Assembly: GCF_006345805.1 (NCBI RefSeq)
Contig: NC_043015.1
Coordinates: 45,880,001 to 45,944,000 of the forward strand
Reading direction: 5' to 3'
Origin: Octopus sinensis
Lineage: Eukaryota
DNA length: 64,000 nucleotides
Part shown: positions 8,528-18,807 of the stretch, piece by piece
How the letters are laid out: every line of letters begins with the position of its first letter
How positions within the stretch are numbered: the stretch's first letter is position 1
Program-made: the position numbers and the translations under genes
Notes under the pieces: generated by a model
Seen by the model: only the letters and a program-made list of their open reading frames with translations
Database searches by the model: none
Told to the model about the DNA's origin: nothing

Positions 8528-9003
8528 GTCGCTTGAAAATGGAGAATATTTATTCATATCTCGGTATTTTCCACGAATATACTTCTGAACACAAAACCAG
8601 GAACACTCAAGAGGATGAAATTTTTATTGTTATCTACGTTTTCCAGAAATGTAGTTTTGAACACAAATTTTGGAGCAACTGGGTGTCGGCAGTGTAACGA
8701 TTAGTATAGCTTAGTATAGGCTATAAGAAAGAACTCAATACACGTTAGAACGAGCCTACAATGCGCGCGCGTGTGTGTATGTATGTGTGTGTGAAAGAGA
8801 GAGAGAGAGAGAAGGAAAGAGAGAAAGAGAAAGAGAGACAATATATGTGTGCGTGTGCGCTCTCTCCGTCATACCATAAGAATGAGAAAGGAAGGGATGC
8901 TATATGAATAAGGAAGGAAGGGGTGATGACAAACTGGTAGTGGGAGCGTTTCAACTCTGCGTGAGTATATGTGTGTGTGTGTATGTAAAAGGGAGGTATG
9001 TGA

Positions 9004-9034
<31 letters not shown>

Positions 9035-9755
9035 ATGGAAAGAAAATCAAACAGCGTATCAACTCTAAAATACTACAATTAGCGGCCATTTTTGACGGCA
9101 CTGGGTCAGCTAGTATAGCTTTAATACAATGTGTTATATTACAATAAAAGGGCGCCGACCTTTATATTGCAACTGTATTCAGACCAACCGACACGTTTAG
9201 CTAAAAATAGCAGCAATGTCTCCTTCAAATCCCAACCCCGCGCTTGATAAAAATGAATCCTCAGTATACAAATACTGAGAAACTAAAATAAATTAATAAA
9301 TAACTAAATAAACAAATACATGAACAAATAAAGACGATATTGACACGACTGGAATGTCTTCTCATTGTATACATCAGCGACTTCAGATCTGACCTGATGT
9401 GAAAGAACAATAATAAACCTGTATGTAGATTTCATCCAGTAATATGTATGATATACAGTAAACCTATACAAGGCCGATAATACAAGCTCGCACGCAAACA
9501 CGCGCACGCGCGTAAATATTAGGTGTGTACCATAAGTGCTCTGTTTGGTTTACCACTAAAACTCTGGTTCGAAGTGTAACTAATGAAAAAAGGTAGTGTT
9601 GAAGCTGCTTATTAAAGATAGCTGGAAGTGGTTAACCTTTGAGCGGTGAGATATATAATTAAAAAACAAAGAACGGACATGTTATGACTGATATACGACA
9701 GGCTTCTTTCATAATAAATACATACATATATATATATAATATATATTATATATAT

Positions 9756-9797
<42 letters not shown>

Positions 9798-9800
<3 letters not shown>

Positions 9801-10120
9801 TACATTAAAGGCTTCTAAAGAAGAAGTGAGTACCAGATACACAAAAATTGGATAAATTCAGTGAAATGAAAATTAAAAACGTTTACAAACTCGGTTCATC
9901 TTATACTGCAGTTTCGTCTTTTTCAGCAGTAAATATAATTTATCTGCTAAGGCTAGACTCTTCAGTAAGCAGCCTGTTATCCCAGAAGTACATATCAATA
10001 GAAGCATGTGCGACTCTACTGACTTGCATTCTCTAACTTTTTAATTTTCATTTCACTGAATTTATCCAATTTTTGTGTATCTAGTACTCACTTCTTCTTT
10101 TAGAAGCCTTTAATGTACTT
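9798..10120. repeat. ~82-bp inverted repeat pair enclosing a hammerhead-bearing segment, in (TA)n
   Basis: 9798-9879 is the near-perfect reverse complement of 10038-10120. Confidence 0.9.
9900..9969 (-). ncRNA. Minimal type-I hammerhead ribozyme (Penelope-type)
   Basis: Minus strand: CTTA CTGAAGA GTCT[extended hairpin]AGAC GAAA C-TGCA-G T A TAAG. All core bases present, G10.1-C11.1 pair, palindromic helix III ACTGCAGT, GUA site, 4-bp helix I. Confidence 0.8.
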
Positions 10121-10208
10121 ATATATGAATAACATATAGCCTAATGGCTAAAATGTCTTTTGTGCTAGATCACCGGCAATAATCTATTTTATCGCCTTTT
10201 TACTATGT

Positions 10209-10240
<32 letters not shown>

Positions 10241-10361
10241 ATTTTTATAGAAGAGCTTCTACAGACTAGAACTGTTCATTCAAAAGAAATCATCAGGAAG
10301 CTCCTGATGATTTCTTTTGAATGAAACAGTTCTAGTCCTGTAGAAGCTCCTTCTATAAAAT
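10241..10361. repeat. Fold-back palindrome (3-nt loop AGC at 10299-10301)
   Basis: Arms differ by three 1-bp deletions in the left arm; the right arm recurs at 28641-28694. Confidence 0.9.
10304..10354 (+). ncRNA. Hammerhead-like motif, variant (U10.1-U11.1), one arm of a fold-back
   Basis: CTGATGA T TTC tttt GAA T GAAA CAG ttctagtc CTG T A GAAGCTCC. The helix I 5' arm (GGAGCTTC) is present only on the mirrored minus-strand copy. Confidence 0.55.
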
Positions 10362-10428
10362 AAATAATTTACTCTGCTATGTATTGATACCTTATTTACT
10401 GTGGTTAACCCCGACTCAACCCGGGACC

Positions 10429-10473
<45 letters not shown>

Positions 10474-10583
10474 TAATTCAATATATCTAATTTCGGTGAT
10501 CAGTAAATAAATTTTACTGATAATATGATATATTATATATCATATAAGGGGTTGCAGTCATCTCAGCGAGCGAGACAAGCTAC

Positions 10584-10629
10584 CCTGAACTGATGCCGAG
10601 CAATAGACTCAGAAACATATGTCTTCAGG
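10584..10629 (+). ncRNA. Minimal type-I hammerhead variant (A9C, C10.1/A11.1)
   Basis: CCTGAA CTGATGC C GAG caataga CTC A GAAA C-ATAT-G T C TTCAGG. 6-bp helix I, palindromic ACATATGT, GUC site. Confidence 0.65.
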
Positions 10630-10934
10630 TGCTTAGTCCCAGCTGGCGGGGGTGATTGCCTCCCCTTTGCAAATATAAGGACACAGAAAATGTGTCAAAG
10701 CCGACAGGAGACGTCGATGTTTCCTAGGGCTAAATGGCAGTGGTGTAATTCCCTTACAGGACTGTCACATTGAGTTGACGGTATACGACCACTATATCGC
10801 TCGACCACCGCTTATTCAATATTTCTAATATATATATATTAGAAATATTGAATTTCTAATATATATATATTAGAAATATTGAATTTCTATATATATATAT
10901 TAGAATATTGAATTTCTAATATATATATATAGAA

Positions 10935-10995
<61 letters not shown>

Positions 10996-11089
10996 TTGTC
11001 GAACATATCTAAGTTTATATATAATATATATATATATATATATAACTTAGATATGTTTCGACCAAGATTGGTCCAGGCATGGTCTAAAC

Positions 11090-11207
11090 GACTGGCTTTG
11101 GTTGGCCCAAAGCTATAGTAGAAAACACTTGCCCAAAGTTCCACGCAGTGGGTCTGAACCCTGAACCATGTGGCTGGTGTGCAAGCCACTTACCACTCAG
11201 CCACTCC
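11090..11207 (-). mobile_element. SINE family A, head fragment
   Basis: acacttgcccaaagttccacgcagtggg...cttaccactcagccactcc. Confidence 0.8.
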
Positions 11208-11251
11208 TTTGACTACCCATATATAGGGGTATATAGGGGTCATATATATAT

Positions 11252-11302
<51 letters not shown>

Positions 11303-12463
11303 AGTCAAAGAGGAAGAGAGGGGGAGGGAAGAGAAAAAACCATACATATGATGCAGAAATTTATGTATGCATGCATCATGTTTGCGCATGCGTTTAGAGT
11401 TACAAATACAATCTTTTCTTCTTTTTTTTTCTTTTTTGGTGTTTTGTATTAGGTATGGTAAATATGTAGCTATGAATATAAACAGGTCTCTTGTTTCAGC
11501 CAGCCAAGCAGCTATACGGACACAGTTTTGCTCAGTTTGTGTGTGTGTGTGGTGTGTGTGTGTGTGGTGTTGTGTGTGTTGTGTGTGTGTGTGTATTTGT
11601 ATGCGTGTGTGTGTGTGTGTGTGTGTACCAGGGTGTATGGTCTAGATGGCGACTGCGAGGTGAATAAAGAAAATAAAGATACTGTACGCATGAATGGCCA
11701 CGATGTGAAATATATATATATGTCATGGGGTGTGTACAGCTTTCGTGAGAATGTATGTGTGCGTAGAGGTTTCCGTTTGTGTGTGTGTGTGTAAATGTGT
11801 CTGTGTGTTTGCGCGCGCATGCGTACTTGTATGTGTGTGTGTGGGTTTTTTGCGAGCCTTTTTGGTTTTGCACTTATTTATTTATTTCTTTTTTTTTTCT
11901 TTTCACAAAAAAATGTTTTTTCTGGAATGTTTTGATCGTTAGCAATAAAAAAGCAAAGTCGTTTACAAACTACTGTCCCAACTAGTGCTACTACTACAAC
12001 TACTACCACCACCACCACTACTACTACTACTACTACGGTAGTAATCCGGTCGGGTGCAAATACCTCAGGGACGGTTCTACATGTTACGTACGAACACGAT
12101 AGGATCATGAACATATGTGGTACACAGCGCTCCCTTAGCAGCGTTATAGCCCCCCCCCCCTCCGGGTAATTCAATGCACCGGGTCCAATACTTAAATATA
12201 ATATTTTATTTATTTATTTATTGACAGCAAGCCACAATATGCAGAGAGCAGAATTGGAGCCCCTATACTCGTGTATACTCTCAACCCCCATTAAAAAATT
12301 TGCCATTAAAAAAACTGGGTTATCTCCCCACTAAAAAATTGAGCTTATGTGGCGACAAGAGATTGGATTAAAAAGGTTAGATCCTTTTGATTCAATACTT
12401 CAACACATTGTTGACGTTTGGCCTCCACAATAGGCTTGGTATGATTCGTTATAAAAATGTGTA

Positions 12464-12636
12464 GGCGCAGGAGTGGCTGTGTGGTAAGTAGCTTGTTTAC
12501 CAACCACATGGTTCTGGGTTCGGTCCCACTGCGTGGCATTTTGGGCAAGTGTCTTCTACTATAACCTCGGGCCGACCAAAGCCTTGTAAGTGGGTTTGGT
12601 AGACGGAAACTGAAAGAAGCCTGTCGTATATATATG

Positions 12637-12684
<48 letters not shown>

Positions 12685-12809
12685 CATATATATACATGTA
12701 TATATACATACATATATATATATATATAGCACAACCTACATACATGTATGTATGTTTGTGTATATATATATATGTATATATATATACATATATATATGAC
12801 AGGCTTCTG

Positions 12810-12855
<46 letters not shown>

Positions 12856-13020
12856 GTGTGTGTGCGTGTGTGTGGATGTGTGTGTGTGTGTGTGTGTGTG
12901 TGTGGATGTGTGCGTATTTGCCACCACCTTGCATCGTTTACCAAGTGGTAGAGGTTTGCTTGCGACTACGTATAACTTTGCAGTTCGTCAAAAGATACTG
13001 ATAGAATAGTTACCAGAGTT
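12464..13020 (+). mobile_element. SINE family A with internal microsatellite expanded to ~290 bp
   Basis: Head 12464-12630, microsatellite to ~12910, degenerate 3' body. Confidence 0.82.
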
Positions 13021-13140
13021 TAAAACAAAAAACAAAGATGAAAAAACAAAAACCTAAGTAAAATTATAAAAGACAAAGAATTAAAGATAACGCCTGACTG
13101 AAGTGGATCTGTCTTTTCTATACACCATTACTATATATAT

Positions 13141-13545
13141 TTCTTTATTGCCCACAAGGGGCTAAACATAGAGGGGACAAAGAAGGACAGACAAAGTTGA
13201 TTAGATCGACTCCAGTGCGTAACGGGTACTTTATTTATCGACCCCGAAAGGATGAAAAGCAAAGTCGATCTTGGCGGAATTTGAACTCAGAAAGTAACGG
13301 CAGACGAAATACCTATTTCTTTACTACCCGCAAGGGGCTAAACACAGAGGTGATGAACAAGAACAGATAAACGGGTTAAGTCGATTATATCGACCCCCAG
13401 TGCGTAACTGGTACTTATGTAATCGACCCCGAAAGGATGAAAGGCAAAGTCGACCTCGGCGGAATTTGAACTCTGAACGTAACGGCAGACGAAGAACTGC
13501 TAAGCATTTCACCCGGCGCGCTAACGTTTCTACCAGCTCGCCGCC
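13141..13545 (-). mobile_element. tRNA-derived SINE family B with duplicated body
   Basis: Head ggcggcgagctggtagaaacgttagc...gagttcaaattccgccgaggtcgac; tail ttagccccttg(t/c)gggtagtaaagaaatagg occurs twice. Confidence 0.88.
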
Positions 13546-14061
13546 TTCTGTTGCTATATATGGTGGTGAATGATATCTTGGTAAAACGTATTTTTCAAAT
13601 CAGTAACTTTGGCAATTATTTTTAGATACACCCACCCTCATCTCTCAATTGACAAGAGACGACAGCAAATATTGAAGGAGGGTACTGTTTCCATTTCGGC
13701 TTTGCGAATGTGCGCGCTCACGTACACGTGAGGAATGTGGACGCGCACACAAACTTTTGTTGACAAAGAAGGTTAATTGCTTCGAGTAAAGCAGTAATTA
13801 ATAAATTCTAGCGTGACCGTAGAAATTCCATGTCTGACAAACGTCCTTTGATGCATAAATTTAATGGCAGTTTTCAAACGGTGCTCCACGATTTGTTAGT
13901 GCACAGTCGGGGGTATCAGAGTGCATTCACAGATTTTTGAAAATATATTTTTAAAATTAACAAAATCGGTACGAATTAATGACTGAAGGATATGTTAAAT
14001 ATGATTATGTTAAACACAATAAAGGTGGTAAACAATAGTTTGGCTGTTCAGGTGAGAAGCG

Positions 14062-14329
14062 TGGAGGCACATGGCCTAGTGGTTGGAGCCGCGGACTCGC
14101 GGTCGAGGGATCGCGGGTTCGAATCTCAGGCCGGGCGATGTGTGTGTTTATGAGCGAAACACCTATTAAGGTAATGGCGAACTTCTGCTGACTCTTTCCC
14201 CACAACTTTCTCTCACTCTTTTCTCTTGCAGCTCACCTGGTGTCCCGTCCAGGTGGGAAACCTATATACCAAGGAAACCGGGAAACCGGCCCATATGAGC
14301 CAGGCGTGGCTCGAAAAGGAACAAAGAAG

Positions 14330-14330
<1 letters not shown>
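14062..14330 (+). mobile_element. tRNA-Arg-like SINE with family-C head and a different 3' body
   Basis: Head ggaggcacatggcctagtgg...gggttcgaatctc; body gtcccgtccagg...gaaaccggg. Confidence 0.75.
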
Positions 14331-14361
<31 letters not shown>

Positions 14362-14649
14362 GACGATCCGCTTGTCGGTGGTTGTCCCTGTAACATGAGC
14401 GCTTTGGTAAAAGTAACCGATAAAATAAAATACCAAAATTTACAAACAAGTAGCAGAGTCGGTTTGTTTGACCAACAACCCGTTAAGGCGGTGCCCCAGC
14501 ATGGCGGCAGTCCAATGACTGAAACAAACAAAAAATAAAAGATAGTTTTTCTTTTTATTTTAAAACATATTTTAAAAGTACGGAGATGTACCTGCATAGC
14601 AAGTGACTTGATCTGTGATCGTGTGCTGAGACGAAAACAATTGCAGCGT

Positions 14650-15090
14650 GGAAGGTGTTTGTAAGCCGTTTAAGAAACACACAAAAGCCGTTCGATTCAC
14701 TTCAACATTTAAGTTTAATTTGTCAAAATATTTTCGTCGCTTTAAGACCGCGACCTGTTCACTGACAAAAATCCGTGCTGCATGGAGATGCATGGAGATG
14801 CATCCGTAATGAATAATTGAAACGCAGAGTAGACGAAACAGGAACAACTGAAGAAGGGGAATATTTTTTATGTTGTATGTCTTGTACTCTGTTCTTTCGT
14901 TGTCCATGTTTTTGTTTTTGTTTTCGTTTCTCATTGTGTTCAACGTTTTGTTGATGTCCTGTACCCATATATGCATGTATATATACATATAGATGTAGGT
15001 ATGGACATATATTTTGACAAATTAAACTTAAATGTTGAAGTGAATCGAACGGCTTTTGTGTGTTTCTTAAACGGCTTACAAACACCTTCC
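14650..15090. repeat. Perfect 82-bp inverted duplication (14650-14731 / 15009-15090)
   Basis: Exact reverse complement by inspection. Confidence 0.9.
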
Positions 15091-15271
15091 TAATATTTTA
15101 AAACTTCAGTGTAAAGTGAGCCAATAATAATTTTTGTTAAGGTTGCAAGCGAGGCGCACCACCAGCAATCTTACATTTGATCTTTGACAGTGTCACGAAA
15201 TTCAGAAGAATGAGAGCCACTGATAAAGATCTTCGTAACACAAGGACTTGTGTTAAATTTATGTTAAACAA

Positions 15272-15690
15272 GGCGCAGGAGTGGCTGTGTGATAAGTAGT
15301 TTGCTAACCAACCACATGGTTCCTGGTTCAGTCCCACTGCGTGACATCTTGGGCAAGTGTCTTCTGCTATAGCCCCGGGCCTACCAATGCCTTGTGAGTG
15401 GATTTGGTAGATGGAAACTGAAAGAAGCCTGTCGTAATATATGTATATATATATGTGTGTGGTGTGTGTGTGTGTGTGTGTTTGTGTGTCTGTGTTTGTC
15501 CCCCTGCATTGCTTGACAACCCGATGCTGGTGTTGTATGTCCCCGTCACTTAGCGGTTCGGCAAAGAGACGATAGAATAAGTATTGGGCTTACAAAAAAT
15601 AAGTCCCGGGGTCGATTTGCTCGACTAAAGGCAGTGCTCCAGCATAGCCGCAGTCAAATGACTGAAACAAGTAAAAGAGTAAAAGAGTAA
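15272..15690 (+). mobile_element. SINE family A, full length
   Basis: Aligns to 320-776. Confidence 0.9.
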
Positions 15691-15820
15691 CTGCGCTGGC
15701 TTTGCAACCACGTGTTTTCACGTTCGATCCCTCTGCGCAGCACCTTGTACAAATGTCTTCTCAAGTCGACCAATGCCTTACGAATAAATTTGTTGGGCGG
15801 AAACGGCATTTATCGACCCC

Positions 15821-16186
15821 GTAAGGCGCAAAGTCGGAGGGCAGAAGAAGCGCTACAAGAATAGTCTCAAGGTCTCTCTCAAAGACTTCTCCATCGGAAC
15901 AGAGACCTGGGAGACACTTGCTGCCAACCGCTCATCCTGGCGCAGCGCAATCACCGTGGGAGCAGGGACAGCCGAGGAGGGACGGATTCGGTCAGCGGAG
16001 CAGAAATGTCAGATGCGTAAGGCCAGAGCCGCCTGCACCAGTAGCACGGCCCCTACCCACTTCTGCCCCACCTGTGGGAGGGGCTTCTTTGCCCGGATTG
16101 GCCTCACCAGCCACCTCAGGTCTCATGGCGGCAGTTCCATCAGATGATGTCAGTTGGTCATCTTCGAACCGAAGGACGAACATTCA
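15821..16186 (+). mobile_element. RTE-clade LINE 3' end (ORF2 C-terminus with C2H2-type finger)
   Basis: From 15827: RKVGGQKKRYKNSLKVSLKDFSI...WETLAANRSSWRSAI...CPTCGRGFFARIGLTSHLRSH*; GC-rich relative to flanks. Confidence 0.88.
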
Positions 16187-16188
16187 TT

Positions 16189-16417
16189 AAGGATGAAAGG
16201 CAAAGTCGACCTCGGCGGAATTTGAACTCAGAACGTAACGTCAGACGAAATACCTATTTCTTTACTACCCGCAAGGGGCTACACACAGAGGGGACACACA
16301 AGGATAGACAAAGGGATTAAGTCGACCTCGGCGGAATTTGAACTCAGAACGTAGCGGCAGACGTAATACGGCTACGCATTTGGCCCGGCGAGCTAACGTT
16401 TCTGCCAGCTCGTCGCC
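16189..16417 (-). mobile_element. SINE family B, rearranged
   Basis: gtcgacctcggcggaatttgaactcagaacgta occurs twice; head at 16417. Confidence 0.82.
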
Positions 16418-16707
16418 TTCTTGTTTACTACTAGTCCTTCCATAAACTGCGGCCATTCAGGGACACATTAAGGATTCTAATCTATTATATTGACCCTGTT
16501 ATTTTATATTGATCTCTATATATATATCGAACATTATTCAATATGATCTCCTTTTCTAAAGACAATAAGTTACAATCCGAAGATTTGGCTATTGCTTCTA
16601 ACAGACCGATCAGGTATCTAAGAAGATATCTGCCAGCCTCAGTGGCTCTGGTTTCGTAGTTCAGCATATATGTATGTATGTGTTTGTTTGTTAGTTTGTG
16701 CTTATGT

Positions 16708-17180
16708 ATGAGATGGCTTGGGCATGTTAGCCGTATGAAAGATGGCAGAATCCCCAAGGGCATACTCTACGGAGAGCTTGCTAGGGGTACTAGGTCTGTG
16801 GGTAGACCGATCTTACGATACAAGGGTGTTTGCAAAAGGGACATGAAGGCCTGCAACATCAATATTAGCGGTTGGGAGGCAGTTGCCGGCAACCGTGGAG
16901 AATGGCGACGTACCGTAAAAGAGGGAATACAAAGGAGTGACAGACAGAGAGAGAGAGGAGAAATGGAAAGAAAGGAAGAGACGTCAACAAGAGACTATGG
17001 CGCTACAACCAGCCAGGAACAGTCTTCGCTACATTTGCGGTACCTGCCAGAGGGAGTGTTTGTCCAGGATAGGACTACACAGCCACAGCAGGAAATGTAT
17101 CAGGACATGAAATATAAAAGCCGGACTAGACTACTTCATGCGCAATTCCATTGTCTCCCGAGACAGAAAGGATGCCAACA
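16708..17180 (+). mobile_element. Second RTE-clade LINE 3' end, one frameshift
   Basis: RWLGHVSRMKDGRIPKGILYGELARGTRSVGRPILRYKGVCKRDMK...NRGEWRRTV; after the shift CGTCQRECLSRIGLHSHSRKC; tail ccattgtctcccgagacagaaaggatgcca. Confidence 0.9.
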
Positions 17181-18119
17181 ATGTATGTATGTATGTATGT
17201 ATGTATGTATGTATTTATGTATGTATGTATGTATGTATGTATGTATGTATGTATGTATGTATGTATGTAGGTATGTATGTATGTATGCATGCATGTATGT
17301 ATGTATGCATGTATGTATGTATGTATGTATATATGTACGTACGTATGTATGTATGTGTTTGTTTGTGTGTGTGTGTACTTAACCGGTTTCACATTTGATT
17401 TTCAAAAGAGCTTTGTTGCAAAGTGAAAGGCGTGAGAGAGAGATAGACAGACAGAGACACAGACACAGACACAGAGGGAGACAGAGGCAAAAAGAGACAG
17501 ATTGACAGACAGGAACAGAGGGAGAGACAGAGAGAAGGAGAGAGAAAAAAACACAGTTTCTAGGTTAGCAGGCGTCATCCATATCTGTTTGTTTAAGCGA
17601 AGGAGTAAGAAAGAATCCACGGAAGGTTGACGAAGGTACGAGCAGCACAAATCAAAGGCCAAATGGATACGACGATGGTTAATAGTAGTACTTACTGGCT
17701 GTAATGCTGGTGATGATGATGATGATGGTGATGGTGATGATGATGGTGATGGTGATGGTGATGATGATGGTGATGATGATGGTGATGGTGATGGTGATGG
17801 TGACGGTGACTGTGATTGTAACCAGAGTACTAACAGCAGTAGATGGTTACAGCGGTAGTAGTGATGATGTTGTAGAGTGGGTTAGGGTTAGGGTTAGATG
17901 GAGGGGTGGGGGTTTGGGTGGGTGGTGGCGACGGTGGGGGTGGGGGGGTGGGGTGGGGTGGCTTCGGCGGTGATATGGCTGTAAGGTAGATACAGTTAGG
18001 GAAATATTGGGAGAAGAAAGGAACCCCTTTTTTTTTTTTTTCAATCCCATATTTCAAACTCCTCGTTCTGCCTTTAAACTGCGACACCCTTCTTCTCGTC
18101 TCCCCCCCTGTCTCCCGCT

Positions 18120-18224
18120 CTCACCTACACACACACATACATACACACAAATACACAAACACACACATATATACACACACACATAGGATCTTTTCCTTTT
18201 GAAAAGATCCCACACATATATATC

Positions 18225-18256
<32 letters not shown>

Positions 18257-18733
18257 ATACACACACACAAATACACACACACACACACACATATATAGAC
18301 ACAGACACACACATAGGATCTTTTCCTTTTGAAAAGATCCCACACATATATACACACACACGCACAGACACACAAACATAAACACACACACGAACACAAA
18401 CACACACGCACACACACACGAACACAAACACACACGCAGACACAAACACACATACACACACACGAACACAAACACACACACACAAATACACATACACACA
18501 CACACACAAATACACACACATACACACACACAAACACACAAATACACATACATACACACAAACACACATACACACACACACACACCAATACACATACACA
18601 CACACAAACACGCACACACACACAAATACACATACACACACAAACACACACACACACACAAATACACATACACACACACACACACATACACACACACAAA
18701 TACACACACATACACACACACAAACACACACAA

Positions 18734-18807
<74 letters not shown>

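Larger units (their letters stand above)
3880..8712 (+). repeat. Tandem array of ~25 tRNA-Gly-derived units (~155-170 bp period), mostly decayed
   Basis: Repeated 72-nt tRNA-Gly-like body plus a conserved spacer (T-rich run, then tcagt(a/g)ttttccagaaatatacttctgaacacaaa). All copies are on the + strand. Confidence 0.95.

Noticed and set aside
3880-8712. Repeat-spacer appearance resembling a CRISPR array
   Set aside because: The repeats are 72-nt tRNA-Gly bodies, the spacers are homologous to one another, the DNA is eukaryotic and there are no cas genes.
17878-17965. TTAGGG x3 and G-runs as a telomere
   Set aside because: Only three units inside a simple-repeat block; at most a potential G-quadruplex.
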